Source of the DNA: Candidatus Poriferihabitaceae bacterium
Lineage (GTDB): Bacteria > Pseudomonadota > Gammaproteobacteria > Arenicellales > Poriferihabitantaceae
Length of the DNA: 64,000 nucleotides
Direction of reading: 5' to 3'
Assembly (NCBI GenBank): GCA_965226545.1
Contig: OZ245364.1
Location: 1,771,890-1,835,889 of the forward strand
Below, piece after piece: positions 52,969-61,722 of the stretch. The position numbers and the translations under genes are program-made. Numbering within the stretch: position 1 is the stretch's first letter; each line of letters begins with the position of its first letter. The notes under the pieces are model-generated. The model saw only the letters and a list, made by a program, of their open reading frames with translations. It was not told where the DNA came from and ran no database searches.

Positions 52969-53274
52969 TTAGTTTCGGCAATACACTCGCGCTTGTTGCG
53001 GCGTGAAAATGCCAAAGGTGATGGCACCAAGCAGACCGTTAATAAACGTGGTTTGCGTTTCCACACGGACAATGTTGTCGTCCCCTCCGCAAATTTCGCC
53101 GGGGTCGATGTTTTTTTGTTGCCCAAGCCCGCTGATGAAATAAGGCTGCGCACGGTCGTAAGTCGCAACCGCCCCATCCGAATTCTCTTGCAGGTTGAAC
53201 TTGGTTTGTGCGCACCCGGCAAGCCAGATGGCACAAAATACTGCAATCACTTTAAAAATGCTTTGGTATTTCAT
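52969..53274 (-). CDS. Bor/Iss-family outer-membrane lipoprotein (phage lambda Bor homologue)
   Basis: Lipobox LAGC. FISGLGQQKNIDPGEICGGDDNIVRVETQTTFINGLLGAITFGIFTPQQARVYC matches, from memory, lambda Bor FVSGIGQKKTVDAAKICGG..VKTETQQTFVNGLLGFITLGIYTPLEARVYC. Confidence 0.8.
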   Translation of the reverse strand: MKYQSIFKVIAVFCAIWLAGCAQTKFNLQENSDGAVATYDRAQPYFISGLGQQKNIDPGEICGGDDNIVRVETQTTFINGLLGAITFGIFTPQQARVYCRN

Positions 53275-53415
53275 TGGAACCTCTACATTGATGAAGATTG
53301 AAATTTGCGGCAAACGCCGCGCGGGTAAAACAAAGGTCAAGGGCGGCGATGTTGCCATTGCCGCCGTGGGTAACTGATTTTGGATGGTGCGTTGGTTGGG
53401 GGTGGTTGAATCGTA

Positions 53416-54741
53416 TTAATCAACGTAGACCCTTACACCGTCCGAGCAATTGTTGGAACGGTCGGTGTCGTCAGTGTCATCCACGCAAGCCCCGTAATAT
53501 TGGGAGCCGCGCCAATAAACTGTAAAGGAATATTGTTCATCGTCAGTTTCCCCGGGAGCGAGCGCATCCACTTCGTCATACCTGCTGAGAGGTGTGTCAC
53601 TCGACGATATGTAGGAGTTGGTCGAACGGTAATATGTGACCCGAGTGTCAAGTGGTGATTTGCCGCCGCCTGAAGCATTGCGGACTGTTACCGTAAGTCT
53701 GAGTGTGCTACCGTAATCCACGGTGTAGTAAGTGGTTGTGCCATTAATTTCAAAATCTTCCGCCACCAAATCCCATTCACTGTCCTTTACGACGACTTTC
53801 ACGCCGGGATTCCGACAATCATTTGTGCCGTCGGAATCGTCGCGGTCGTCCACGCACACGCCATAGTAGTAAGTGCCGGGAGTGTCCGGGGCATCCACAT
53901 CTATGTCTTCGTCGCGATTGCGGCCCGGTGAAATTCTGTAAATTCTGTCAGACCCAACACTGGTATCGCCCCTTGTTATCTCGTCATTTGGCGAACGATA
54001 GTATCTTATCCGGACATAACCATCCCAATCCGCCGTAGAGCCTCGGCTATTTTCGATTGTCGTCGAAAGGGTGATTTCCTCACCCGGATAAGGGTTTACG
54101 TTATCCACCTCAAAGGCGATTGGGCGTAAATCCCATTCGCCTTCTTCTTCGGTCTCGCTCTGCTCTGTAGATGGGGTGCCGCCACCGCCACCGCCGCCGC
54201 CACCGCCGCCGCCCGAGTCACTGGCGGCAGCGTACGAAATGGTTACACCGTAAGCCCCGCCGGGACCGCCCGGTTCACTGACCACACCCAATTTAAAAGT
54301 GGGGGCGCTAGTATCGGCGTTAGCGTAAACAAAACTGAAGTTCGTGCCTGTGCCGCTATTGTCATCGGCAACAAGGCTGTTGCTGAAGTCGCTGAGAACG
54401 TTGTTGGGGTACAGACTGCCGACTGTGTCGGTTGCCCCCGTGCTCCAGACATGAAATTCGCCTGCGCTACCTGACATAGGCCGAAATCGAAACCAATCGA
54501 GGTCGTTGCTACCAAGCACCCCAGTTGCGTAGGCAACGCCGCTACTGGCCCCAACCCAAGTGGCGTATTCATGGTTTTGGCTGTGGTCATCACCAGGGTC
54601 AAGATTGGGGTCAATGACGGCAACATTTTCAGCACCGCCAGAATCGCCGCCACCAGAATCACTGTCGCTACTGCCACTGCTACTGCAAGCAGTAACAGCG
54701 GCGATTGCGAAAATGAGGAAAATAATTTTGAGAAGTTTCAT
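53416..54741 (-). CDS. lipoprotein: PPC (pre-peptidase C-terminal)-like domain, poly-Gly linker, two CARDB-like repeats
   Basis: Lipobox VTAC. The PPC-like region has DLDWFRF..GEFHVWSTGATDT..GAYGVTISY. About 12 Gly follow, then two roughly 115-aa repeats starting EWDL.. and ending ..YYG.CVDD.DD.D..N.C. Confidence 0.7.
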   Translation of the reverse strand: MKLLKIIFLIFAIAAVTACSSSGSSDSDSGGGDSGGAENVAVIDPNLDPGDDHSQNHEYATWVGASSGVAYATGVLGSNDLDWFRFRPMSGSAGEFHVWSTGATDTVGSLYPNNVLSDFSNSLVADDNSGTGTNFSFVYANADTSAPTFKLGVVSEPGGPGGAYGVTISYAAASDSGGGGGGGGGGGGTPSTEQSETEEEGEWDLRPIAFEVDNVNPYPGEEITLSTTIENSRGSTADWDGYVRIRYYRSPNDEITRGDTSVGSDRIYRISPGRNRDEDIDVDAPDTPGTYYYGVCVDDRDDSDGTNDCRNPGVKVVVKDSEWDLVAEDFEINGTTTYYTVDYGSTLRLTVTVRNASGGGKSPLDTRVTYYRSTNSYISSSDTPLSRYDEVDALAPGETDDEQYSFTVYWRGSQYYGACVDDTDDTDRSNNCSDGVRVYVD

Positions 54742-54777
54742 TGCGAGTTGCTCCAAAGTGGTGAATGCACAATTTGG

Positions 54778-55686
54778 CTATTGGCCAGGGCAGGTTAGGC
54801 TGCGACGTATGGTTGCGGCGCCGGGAGTTACGTCATAACAACAACTACTACAACTTTGGTCGCCGTCGATGCCAACGCCCCAGGAAATTGAGGTGCCGCG
54901 AATTTCTGCCCCATAGCAGATGTCGCCTGTGAGACCATCGACATTAAGGGAGACGCCAATGGTGTCGCCGACTGTATTGGCATTGTTCGTTGTGTAGACT
55001 TGGCCACTGGAAGGCCAACTGGCGTACCGAGAACTTACGCTAGATGTGCGGTAAGCGAAAAATCGTGCATTCAACGCCCCGTGAACTGCACAATTGTCAG
55101 TGAGTTCAAAACGCATTCCCGTGTTGCCGCCGCCGCCGCCACCGCCGCCACCACCACCGCCTGAACTGGCATAAGCGTAAGAAACGGTTAAGCCATAAGC
55201 CCCGGTGCTACTGCTGTGACCACGCACCCGTATTCGGAAAGTAACGTTACTGGCGGCTGGGTTGGTGTAAGTAAAACTGAAATTGCTGCTTGAGCCGTCA
55301 TCATCGTCGGACGCAAGGGCTGATGCGGAGGTACTGGAACTGTTGTACATATCACCTAATGTGTCGGTTGACCCGGTGCTCCAGACGTGCATTGTTCCCG
55401 CACTACCTGCCGGAACCCAAAATCCAAACCAATCTTCGTCACCAGACACCTCAATGTTGCCGCTTGCGCGGCCAACATTGCCGCTGAAGACTACTGCTGA
55501 GGTGTATCGACGGTTGTTGCTGTGGTCATCGCCGGCACCAAGATTGGGGTCGATGGTGGCGACGCTATTCCCAGCGCCGCCGCCACCGCCACTGCTTGAA
55601 TCACTGCTACCACCACTGCTACTACAACCAGCAACAGCGGCGGCTAACAGCGCAATGAGAATAAGATTGATAATTTTCATTGTCAT
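54778..55686 (-). CDS. lipoprotein: paralogous PPC-like domain, poly-Gly linker, Cys-rich C-terminal domain
   Basis: Lipobox VAGC. DEDWFGFWVPAGSAGTMHVWSTGSTDT..GAYGLTVSY is collinear with the 53416 product. 12 Gly follow, then an unrelated 120-aa Cys-containing domain. Confidence 0.7.
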   Translation of the reverse strand: MTMKIINLILIALLAAAVAGCSSSGGSSDSSSGGGGGAGNSVATIDPNLGAGDDHSNNRRYTSAVVFSGNVGRASGNIEVSGDEDWFGFWVPAGSAGTMHVWSTGSTDTLGDMYNSSSTSASALASDDDDGSSSNFSFTYTNPAASNVTFRIRVRGHSSSTGAYGLTVSYAYASSGGGGGGGGGGGGNTGMRFELTDNCAVHGALNARFFAYRTSSVSSRYASWPSSGQVYTTNNANTVGDTIGVSLNVDGLTGDICYGAEIRGTSISWGVGIDGDQSCSSCCYDVTPGAATIRRSLTCPGQ

Positions 55687-55695
55687 TCCCCCAAA

Positions 55696-57048
55696 TCAAA
55701 GCGCGTCAACGCGCACCGCAACCTTGCGGACAACATTCATCTCACCGTTAAAAAGAAGTTGCGCAGTAACAACCGCACTAACCTCACCGGCGGGGATAAC
55801 AACATCAATCGGCGTAGCGTCAAAATCGACGCCGGCAACGGCGGCGTTTTCGACATTGGGGGAAACCAAACGCACTTGCAGAGGCGTATCGGCGGATGCA
55901 ACTTGCGGCAAGGTAACCTCGATATCCAAAGTGCCGCCGTTGCCGGTGCGCTTTTGCAAAAATTGCGCGGTGATGCCGTTGGCTTGGGTGAACACTTGCG
56001 GGGTAACTTCGCGCCGCGACACTTCGATTCTGCCGTCTGAAGTAATCGGTGCAAAATCATCGTTGCCGGCGAAACTGCGCGAGGTGAAATTCAATTGCGG
56101 CTTGCCTTTGGCGGTGCGCCCATTGCCAAACAGATATTTGTAACTCACAAGCGCGCCAAAATCGCCGTCGTTGCCGATGCCGCCAAGCCGCAATCCATAC
56201 AAGCCATTGGTGCGCGGCGATTGATAATCCAGACCAAGTTGTGCGGAAGTTACAAAATCGCCGCTGCCGTCGGTGCGTTCGCTATGCGTGAAGGCGATAT
56301 TGCCGATGGCGGTTTTGCTGAATACGCGATTGACCGAGAGGACGGTTTTTTCAATCGGGCGTTCGTAATAATCGCCGACAATGCGCTCATCGCTAAGCGG
56401 CATAAAATGTTCGATTTGGAATGCATTGGCGTTGTAAATCCGTTCGAATCCCAAGCGAAGACGGCGGTGACCGTATTCGGCGTTTTCCTGTCCATACGCC
56501 CAAAACCCCGAGCGTTGATAATTCGCGCCATTGGTTTCGCCAAAACGGAATACGCCGCCATAACGCAAATCGTTGCGGTCGATATTGGCGGAATCTTGAT
56601 AGCGGGTGTTGCCGAATTGCAAAAACAGTGCGCGGCTTGCATTTGGATTGGCGGACGCCGCCAAAGACAGCGGCATAACGGCATCCAAATCACCGGCAAT
56701 GCCGCGCTCGTCGTCATACTGCAACGACGAATGCGCGCGCATATCTTGTCCGGTTAACCGGTTTGCAAGTGCAATCGCTTTATTTGCACCGGCGGAAAAT
56801 GCAACGCGGCTTATGCTTTGTTGCAGTTTGCGCCCCGCCGTTTCAAGCGTTTGCTCAATCGCTTGTTCGGCATCGTCGGCATCGGCAAACGAAGACGACA
56901 TTTGCAAAATGCCAAGCGGAAGTTTTGTTACCTCTTGGGTAATTAAATCGCGAATCAAAACGCCGTCTTGTGCAGAAACACTGTGGGTGACGGCCATGCC
57001 ACTGAATGCAATGCACCAAGCGGCACAAATGCGGGTAATGCGTTTCAT
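55696..57048 (-). CDS. inverse-autotransporter (intimin/invasin-type) beta-barrel protein with a short Calx-beta-like passenger
   Basis: Signal peptide MKRITRICAAWCIAFSGMAVTHSVSA. Barrel motifs LFLQFGNTRY, YGHRRLRLGFERIY.....IEHFMPLSDE....DYYERP parallel intimin HRRWGLG.E.....L..N.Y..LSGW....DYEERPA. The C-terminal roughly 100 aa has AGVDFD...VVIPAGE (Calx-beta-like). Confidence 0.65.
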   Translation of the reverse strand: MKRITRICAAWCIAFSGMAVTHSVSAQDGVLIRDLITQEVTKLPLGILQMSSSFADADDAEQAIEQTLETAGRKLQQSISRVAFSAGANKAIALANRLTGQDMRAHSSLQYDDERGIAGDLDAVMPLSLAASANPNASRALFLQFGNTRYQDSANIDRNDLRYGGVFRFGETNGANYQRSGFWAYGQENAEYGHRRLRLGFERIYNANAFQIEHFMPLSDERIVGDYYERPIEKTVLSVNRVFSKTAIGNIAFTHSERTDGSGDFVTSAQLGLDYQSPRTNGLYGLRLGGIGNDGDFGALVSYKYLFGNGRTAKGKPQLNFTSRSFAGNDDFAPITSDGRIEVSRREVTPQVFTQANGITAQFLQKRTGNGGTLDIEVTLPQVASADTPLQVRLVSPNVENAAVAGVDFDATPIDVVIPAGEVSAVVTAQLLFNGEMNVVRKVAVRVDAL

Positions 57049-57231
57049 CGTAATGCTCCGAATGAGATTGGCAACCCCCGACACCGAAGTGTCGGGCCTT
57101 TGCCAATATCACGGAAAGCAGAGTGAAATCCCCGCCTATTCGCACCACGCGAGCAGGACTCGCGCGGCGAAAAAACGCTGTTGTATTTGGCGGGTAACCC
57201 GACCAAGGGCTACTTTCCGGAAATATTGGCG
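57049..57231 (-). ncRNA. conserved structured 5' leader, copy B (candidate riboswitch or other cis-regulatory RNA)
   Basis: 183 nt on the minus strand, between the predicted -10 and the inverse-autotransporter ATG. Homologous to 52036-52216. Confidence 0.55.
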
Positions 57232-57237
57232 AGGCGG

Positions 57238-57266
57238 AATATACAAAACAAAACCGACAACCGCAA
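57238..57266 (-). promoter_or_regulatory. candidate sigma70 promoter driving leader B and the inverse-autotransporter operon
   Basis: The minus strand reads TTGCGG-17 nt-TATATT. The conserved leader begins 6 nt downstream, the same geometry as copy A. Confidence 0.5.
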
Positions 57267-57277
57267 GCGAAAAATCG

Positions 57278-57301
57278 AAAAAAAAAGCGGCTTTCGCCGC
57301 T
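57278..57301 (-). terminator. rho-independent terminator after mutL
   Basis: The minus strand reads AGCGGC-gaaa-GCCGCT followed by TTTTTTTTT. Confidence 0.8.
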
Positions 57302-57343
57302 AATCGCCCAAGCCAAAATCAACCAAACACCCAACCAACAACC

Positions 57344-59245
57344 TCACCGCCCCCGCATAAACCATTTATCAATCTCCCCAAGCGAAACCCGCATCCAAGT
57401 CGGGCGACCGTGATTGCATTGTCCGGCGCGTTCGACTTGTTCCATTTGGCGCAACAGCGCATTCATTTCGATGTGGGTGAGTTTGCGGTTGGCGCGAATC
57501 GAGCCGTGGCAGGCGGCGGTCGATAAAATTTCATGTTGCGCGTTTTCGATTCGTTGGCTGCTGCCGTGCGCGATTAAATCGGCGAGTGCATCGCGAATCA
57601 ATTCGGCGATATCCAAATTGGCGAGCAATTCCGGCGCGGCGCGGATGATGAGTTGTTCGTCGCCGACCATCTCCATATCAAAACCAATCTCGTTAAATTG
57701 CGCGCCAAACAGCATAGCGGCTTCGGCTTCATCCGGGTTGACGACCACGGCAATCGGCACCAACAACGGTTGACTGGACGGATTTTTTTCGCCCGCTTGG
57801 CGTTTTAAGGTTTCATAAGTAATGCGTTCATGCGCGGCATGCATATCGACCATCACCAAACCATCGGCGTTTTCGGCGAGGATGTACGCGCCTTTAAGTT
57901 GCGCCAATGCATACCCCATCGGCGGAATTTCCGCGCCGTCAGTTTCGACCCAAGCGTCGCCCATCGATTCGCGCGAAGCATTATCGACGCCGCCAACATT
58001 GCCGGCGAATGCATCGGCTGAGCGATGTAACTCACCGTAAGGTTGCAGTTGCTCGGCAACCGACAGATGATGTTGGCGATGATTGGTTGGATAGAAAAAT
58101 GGTTTTGATGATGACGGTGACGACGGTGACAGTGACTGTGCCGACGCCGCCAACGCCGCATCAGGTGTCGGCAGATTAACCGCGCCATCGCCGACTGCAA
58201 GGTTGGCGATAACTCGATGCAGCGTTCGATAAATATAATCCTGCACCGCGCGCATCTCGCGAAATCTGACTTCGGTTTTTGCCGGATGCACATTAACATC
58301 GACCAAGTTCGGCGCAATTTGCAAAAACAACACAAACGCCGGATGCCGTCCGTGATACAGCACATCGTTATAAGCGCGGCGCACCGCATGCGCGATTAAA
58401 TAATCGCGCACCGCGCGTTGATTAACAAAAAAATGCTGCATGTCGCGTTGGCTGCGCGAGAAAGTCGGCAAACCAATCCACCCTTGCAACTGCAATGCAC
58501 CGGCATGGTCGTCGACGGCGACACTTTGTTCGGCAAACGGCGCGCCGCAAATCGCCGCCAACCGCGCGCGGCGTTGTGCATCATCATTGGCGGCGCGCGC
58601 GTGAAACAGCGTTTTGCCGTCGTGGGCGAATTCGATTTCGATTTGTTCATGCGCCAATGCGATGCGGCGCACGACTTCCTGCATGTATTTTAATTCGGTG
58701 CGTTCGCTGCGCATAAACTTGCGCCGCGCCGGCGTGTTGTAAAACAACTCGGCGACTTCAATCGTCGTGCCCGGCGGATGTGCCGCGGGTTTGAGTTCGC
58801 CGAATTGTCCGCCGTCGCAGGTGATACTGCAGGCGTGTGCGGCATCGGCGATGCGCGAGGTTAATGTCAAACGCGACACGGCGGCGATGCTCGGCAAGGC
58901 TTCGCCGCGAAAACCGAGCGTGGTGATGTTGTATAAATCGTCGAAGCGATTTAGTTTGCTGGTGGCGTGGCGCGACAATGCAAGCCGCGCGTCGACTTCG
59001 GCGATGCCGCCGCCGTTGTCCTGCACGACCACGCGCTTAAAGCCGCCGCTTTCGGTTCGTATGCGAATGTGGGTTGCGCCGGCGTCGACGCTGTTTTCCA
59101 ATAATTCCTTTAACAACGACGCCGGGCGTTCAATCACTTCGCCGGCGGCGATTTGATTGATGAGTTTGTCATCCAACTGCACAATTCCACCACGCGCGGA
59201 TGCGGGCGGGGCGACGGATTGGGCGGCGGTGCGCGACATTGGCAA
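57344..59245 (-). CDS. mutL: DNA mismatch repair protein MutL
   Basis: LINQIAAGEVIERPASLLKELLENSVDAGA (GHKL N-box), DNGGGI, LGFRGEAL, and a C-terminal dimerisation domain. Confidence 0.95.
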   Translation of the reverse strand: MPMSRTAAQSVAPPASARGGIVQLDDKLINQIAAGEVIERPASLLKELLENSVDAGATHIRIRTESGGFKRVVVQDNGGGIAEVDARLALSRHATSKLNRFDDLYNITTLGFRGEALPSIAAVSRLTLTSRIADAAHACSITCDGGQFGELKPAAHPPGTTIEVAELFYNTPARRKFMRSERTELKYMQEVVRRIALAHEQIEIEFAHDGKTLFHARAANDDAQRRARLAAICGAPFAEQSVAVDDHAGALQLQGWIGLPTFSRSQRDMQHFFVNQRAVRDYLIAHAVRRAYNDVLYHGRHPAFVLFLQIAPNLVDVNVHPAKTEVRFREMRAVQDYIYRTLHRVIANLAVGDGAVNLPTPDAALAASAQSLSPSSPSSSKPFFYPTNHRQHHLSVAEQLQPYGELHRSADAFAGNVGGVDNASRESMGDAWVETDGAEIPPMGYALAQLKGAYILAENADGLVMVDMHAAHERITYETLKRQAGEKNPSSQPLLVPIAVVVNPDEAEAAMLFGAQFNEIGFDMEMVGDEQLIIRAAPELLANLDIAELIRDALADLIAHGSSQRIENAQHEILSTAACHGSIRANRKLTHIEMNALLRQMEQVERAGQCNHGRPTWMRVSLGEIDKWFMRGR

Positions 59246-59391
59246 AGTATCGACCGAATCAACAGTGATTGCAAGCGAGGGTTAAGGCGTGTTGGTGGTG
59301 GCGGCGTTTGTAGTCGATGCGCTTGCGAAGTTAATTAAAGTGGTGCGCATTAATATCGCTGCGTAACTTTGTTAAATAACTTGTTGCGCAT

Positions 59392-59646
59392 TTATTTATT
59401 GTGCAATTCGAAGGGCACAACAAACGCGGTTAAACCGTGTTGTTTAATAGTGTTACTTACATAGTGTTGGTTAATGATGGCTTTTAAATAATGACGGGTT
59501 TCGAAGTTGTTATACAACGCCATCGCGCGCAAATATTGTTGCGCAACATCGAGAAACCCAGCATCGCCTTCAAGATTCGATACAAAACCAACGCGCATTG
59601 CACCAAAAGGCGATTGATGTTTTCCAATAATTTTTACACTACTCAT
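59392..59646 (-). CDS. hypothetical 84-aa protein
   Basis: Track ORF in an AT-rich gap between amiB and mutL. No recognisable domain and no obvious SD. Confidence 0.3.
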   Translation of the reverse strand: MSSVKIIGKHQSPFGAMRVGFVSNLEGDAGFLDVAQQYLRAMALYNNFETRHYLKAIINQHYVSNTIKQHGLTAFVVPFELHNK

Positions 59647-59917
59647 TTATGCAATGCGTATACAAATGCGCGCGAATCAAATTAAAGGTGTGCGTTGCCT
59701 TATGCGCGAATACAATTCACTTCTCAAGCGAACACGAATCGACAGTGAACTGAGAAGGTACACCATGATTAATGTGAGAGACAAACTGAAATGTGTAGTG
59801 GCAAATAAATTGCCAAACAAAGTGACGAAAAAAATGACAAACACAAGCACATGCAACACAACACCGCAAATGCGAAAAAAGGAACGCAATGAATTGCTCA
59901 ACAAAATACGCATCGTC

Positions 59918-61114
59918 TTAACGCCCGCCGTAGCGATTTGGGTTTTGCGCGACATAACGTTTGATGCCGTTGACAATCGCGCCGGCGATGCGCGTTTGAT
60001 GTTTGCTGTTGCGCAATAATTTTTCCTCGCGCGGATTGGTGATGTAGGCGGTCTCGACCAAAATCGATGGAATCTCCGGCGACTTCAACACCGCAAACCC
60101 GGCGCGTTCGACGCGCGGACTGTGCACTGCGCCGATTTTTTTTAATTCCGCCAACACCGCCGCGCCAAAGTTGTGCGATTCTTTCGAGGCGATTGTCATC
60201 GACATATCGCGCAACGAGAAGGCGACATCATCCTCCTTATCCGCCAAACTAACCGCGCCGATTAAGTCGGCGGCGTTTTCCTTGTTGGCAAGCCATTTCG
60301 CATTTTCACTGCTGGCGCCGCGCAACGATAATGCATACACCGATGCGCCGCGCGCGCGTGAATTTTTAAATGCATCGGCATGCAGCGACACAAACAAATC
60401 CGCGCCGAGCGAATGCGCGATGCGAATCCGTTTGCGCAGCGGCACATAATAATCGCCGCGCCGCGTCAATTCGGCGCGCATATTGCGCTGGCGATTAATC
60501 GCGGCTTGCAGTCGTTTGGCGATGACCAACACCACCGCCTTTTCATGCGTATGCCGCCCGCTTGCGCCGGGGTCTTCGCCGCCGTGTCCGGGGTCTATCA
60601 CGACCAACAACTTGCCCTTGGGTTTTTTGCCGCGCGATGTTGCAATGCGCGGCTTGCTTGGTTTGCGCGGCTTGGCGTCGCGCGGATAAAAATCCACAAC
60701 CAATCGATAGCGATACGGTTTGCGCGGCGTGAGCATCTGCACTTCATAGCGAAGCGATTTGCGCAAATCGAAAACCAATCGCGCGCGCCCGGCGTGGTCG
60801 CCCGCGCGAATTGCGCGAATGAATTGCCCAACTTTATCCGGCGACGGAATGCTTGCATCGACGCGCGCGTTTTGCAGGTCGACGACAATGCGGTCCGGTT
60901 TCTTTAAATGAAAAACATTAAACGCCGCGCGTTGGTCGAGGTCGAACACAATGCGCGAACGTTGCGGCGCATGCCACATTCGAATGTCGCCAATCGTCGC
61001 GACATCGTTTTGCCCGACCGCCGGCGCGGCGATTGCACCGAGCGCGATGCATAACAACATCGCCGGGCACCGAAACATTGCGCGTGTGCGTCGAGTATTA
61101 ATCGTATGCAACAT
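59918..61114 (-). CDS. amiB: N-acetylmuramoyl-L-alanine amidase (AmiB/AmiC type, AMIN domain plus Amidase_3)
   Basis: VVIDPGHGGEDPGA, SLHADA. The position between tsaE and mutL matches E. coli amiB. Confidence 0.9.
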   Translation of the reverse strand: MLHTINTRRTRAMFRCPAMLLCIALGAIAAPAVGQNDVATIGDIRMWHAPQRSRIVFDLDQRAAFNVFHLKKPDRIVVDLQNARVDASIPSPDKVGQFIRAIRAGDHAGRARLVFDLRKSLRYEVQMLTPRKPYRYRLVVDFYPRDAKPRKPSKPRIATSRGKKPKGKLLVVIDPGHGGEDPGASGRHTHEKAVVLVIAKRLQAAINRQRNMRAELTRRGDYYVPLRKRIRIAHSLGADLFVSLHADAFKNSRARGASVYALSLRGASSENAKWLANKENAADLIGAVSLADKEDDVAFSLRDMSMTIASKESHNFGAAVLAELKKIGAVHSPRVERAGFAVLKSPEIPSILVETAYITNPREEKLLRNSKHQTRIAGAIVNGIKRYVAQNPNRYGGR

Positions 61115-61117
61115 TTT

Positions 61118-61543
61118 TTATGGTTGACGGATATGCACTTGACGCTGCCCGTTTTCGATGCAGTGAATCGACACTTCGACATCGGCCGGCGGCAACTGTC
61201 CGGCGGCGCGTTGCGGCCATTCAATCAACATCAAATTAGCATCGGTTATTAAATCGCGAAACCCGAGCATCTCCAATTCGGCCGGGGCGCGCAATCGATA
61301 TAAATCGAGATGATAAACATCGCCGGCGCGCAACGGATAATGTTCGCATAAAGTGTAAGTCGGGCTCGGCGTTGCGCCGTGATGCCCCAACGCCGCCAAC
61401 ACCCCGCGCGCAAACGTGGTTTTGCCGACGCCCAACGCACCGCGCAAAAACACCAGCGCATCGCCGCGCTCGACAAATTGCCGCGCACAACGCATGCCGA
61501 GTGCGTGCATAGATTGTTCGGTTGGCGCGGAAAATTCCTGCAT
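61118..61543 (-). CDS. tsaE: tRNA t6A biosynthesis ATPase TsaE
   Basis: LRGALGVGKTTFARGV, SPTYTL...Y, HLDLYRL, and WPQRA (variant of the conserved EWPE). Confidence 0.9.
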   Translation of the reverse strand: MQEFSAPTEQSMHALGMRCARQFVERGDALVFLRGALGVGKTTFARGVLAALGHHGATPSPTYTLCEHYPLRAGDVYHLDLYRLRAPAELEMLGFRDLITDANLMLIEWPQRAAGQLPPADVEVSIHCIENGQRQVHIRQP

Positions 61544-61722
61544 GGCGCGCCGATTTTAACATTGCCGCGCGCGACGTGTTGCATCATTGTTGCATCGTCG
61601 TTGCATTGTCGATAGGTTGTCGATGTGTTGTCAATGTGTTGTCGATGCGTCGACGATGCATCGGACATCATACGGTGCACAGTGCAATTGACGCGGCGAC
61701 ACAATAGTAAAGACGACAACCG

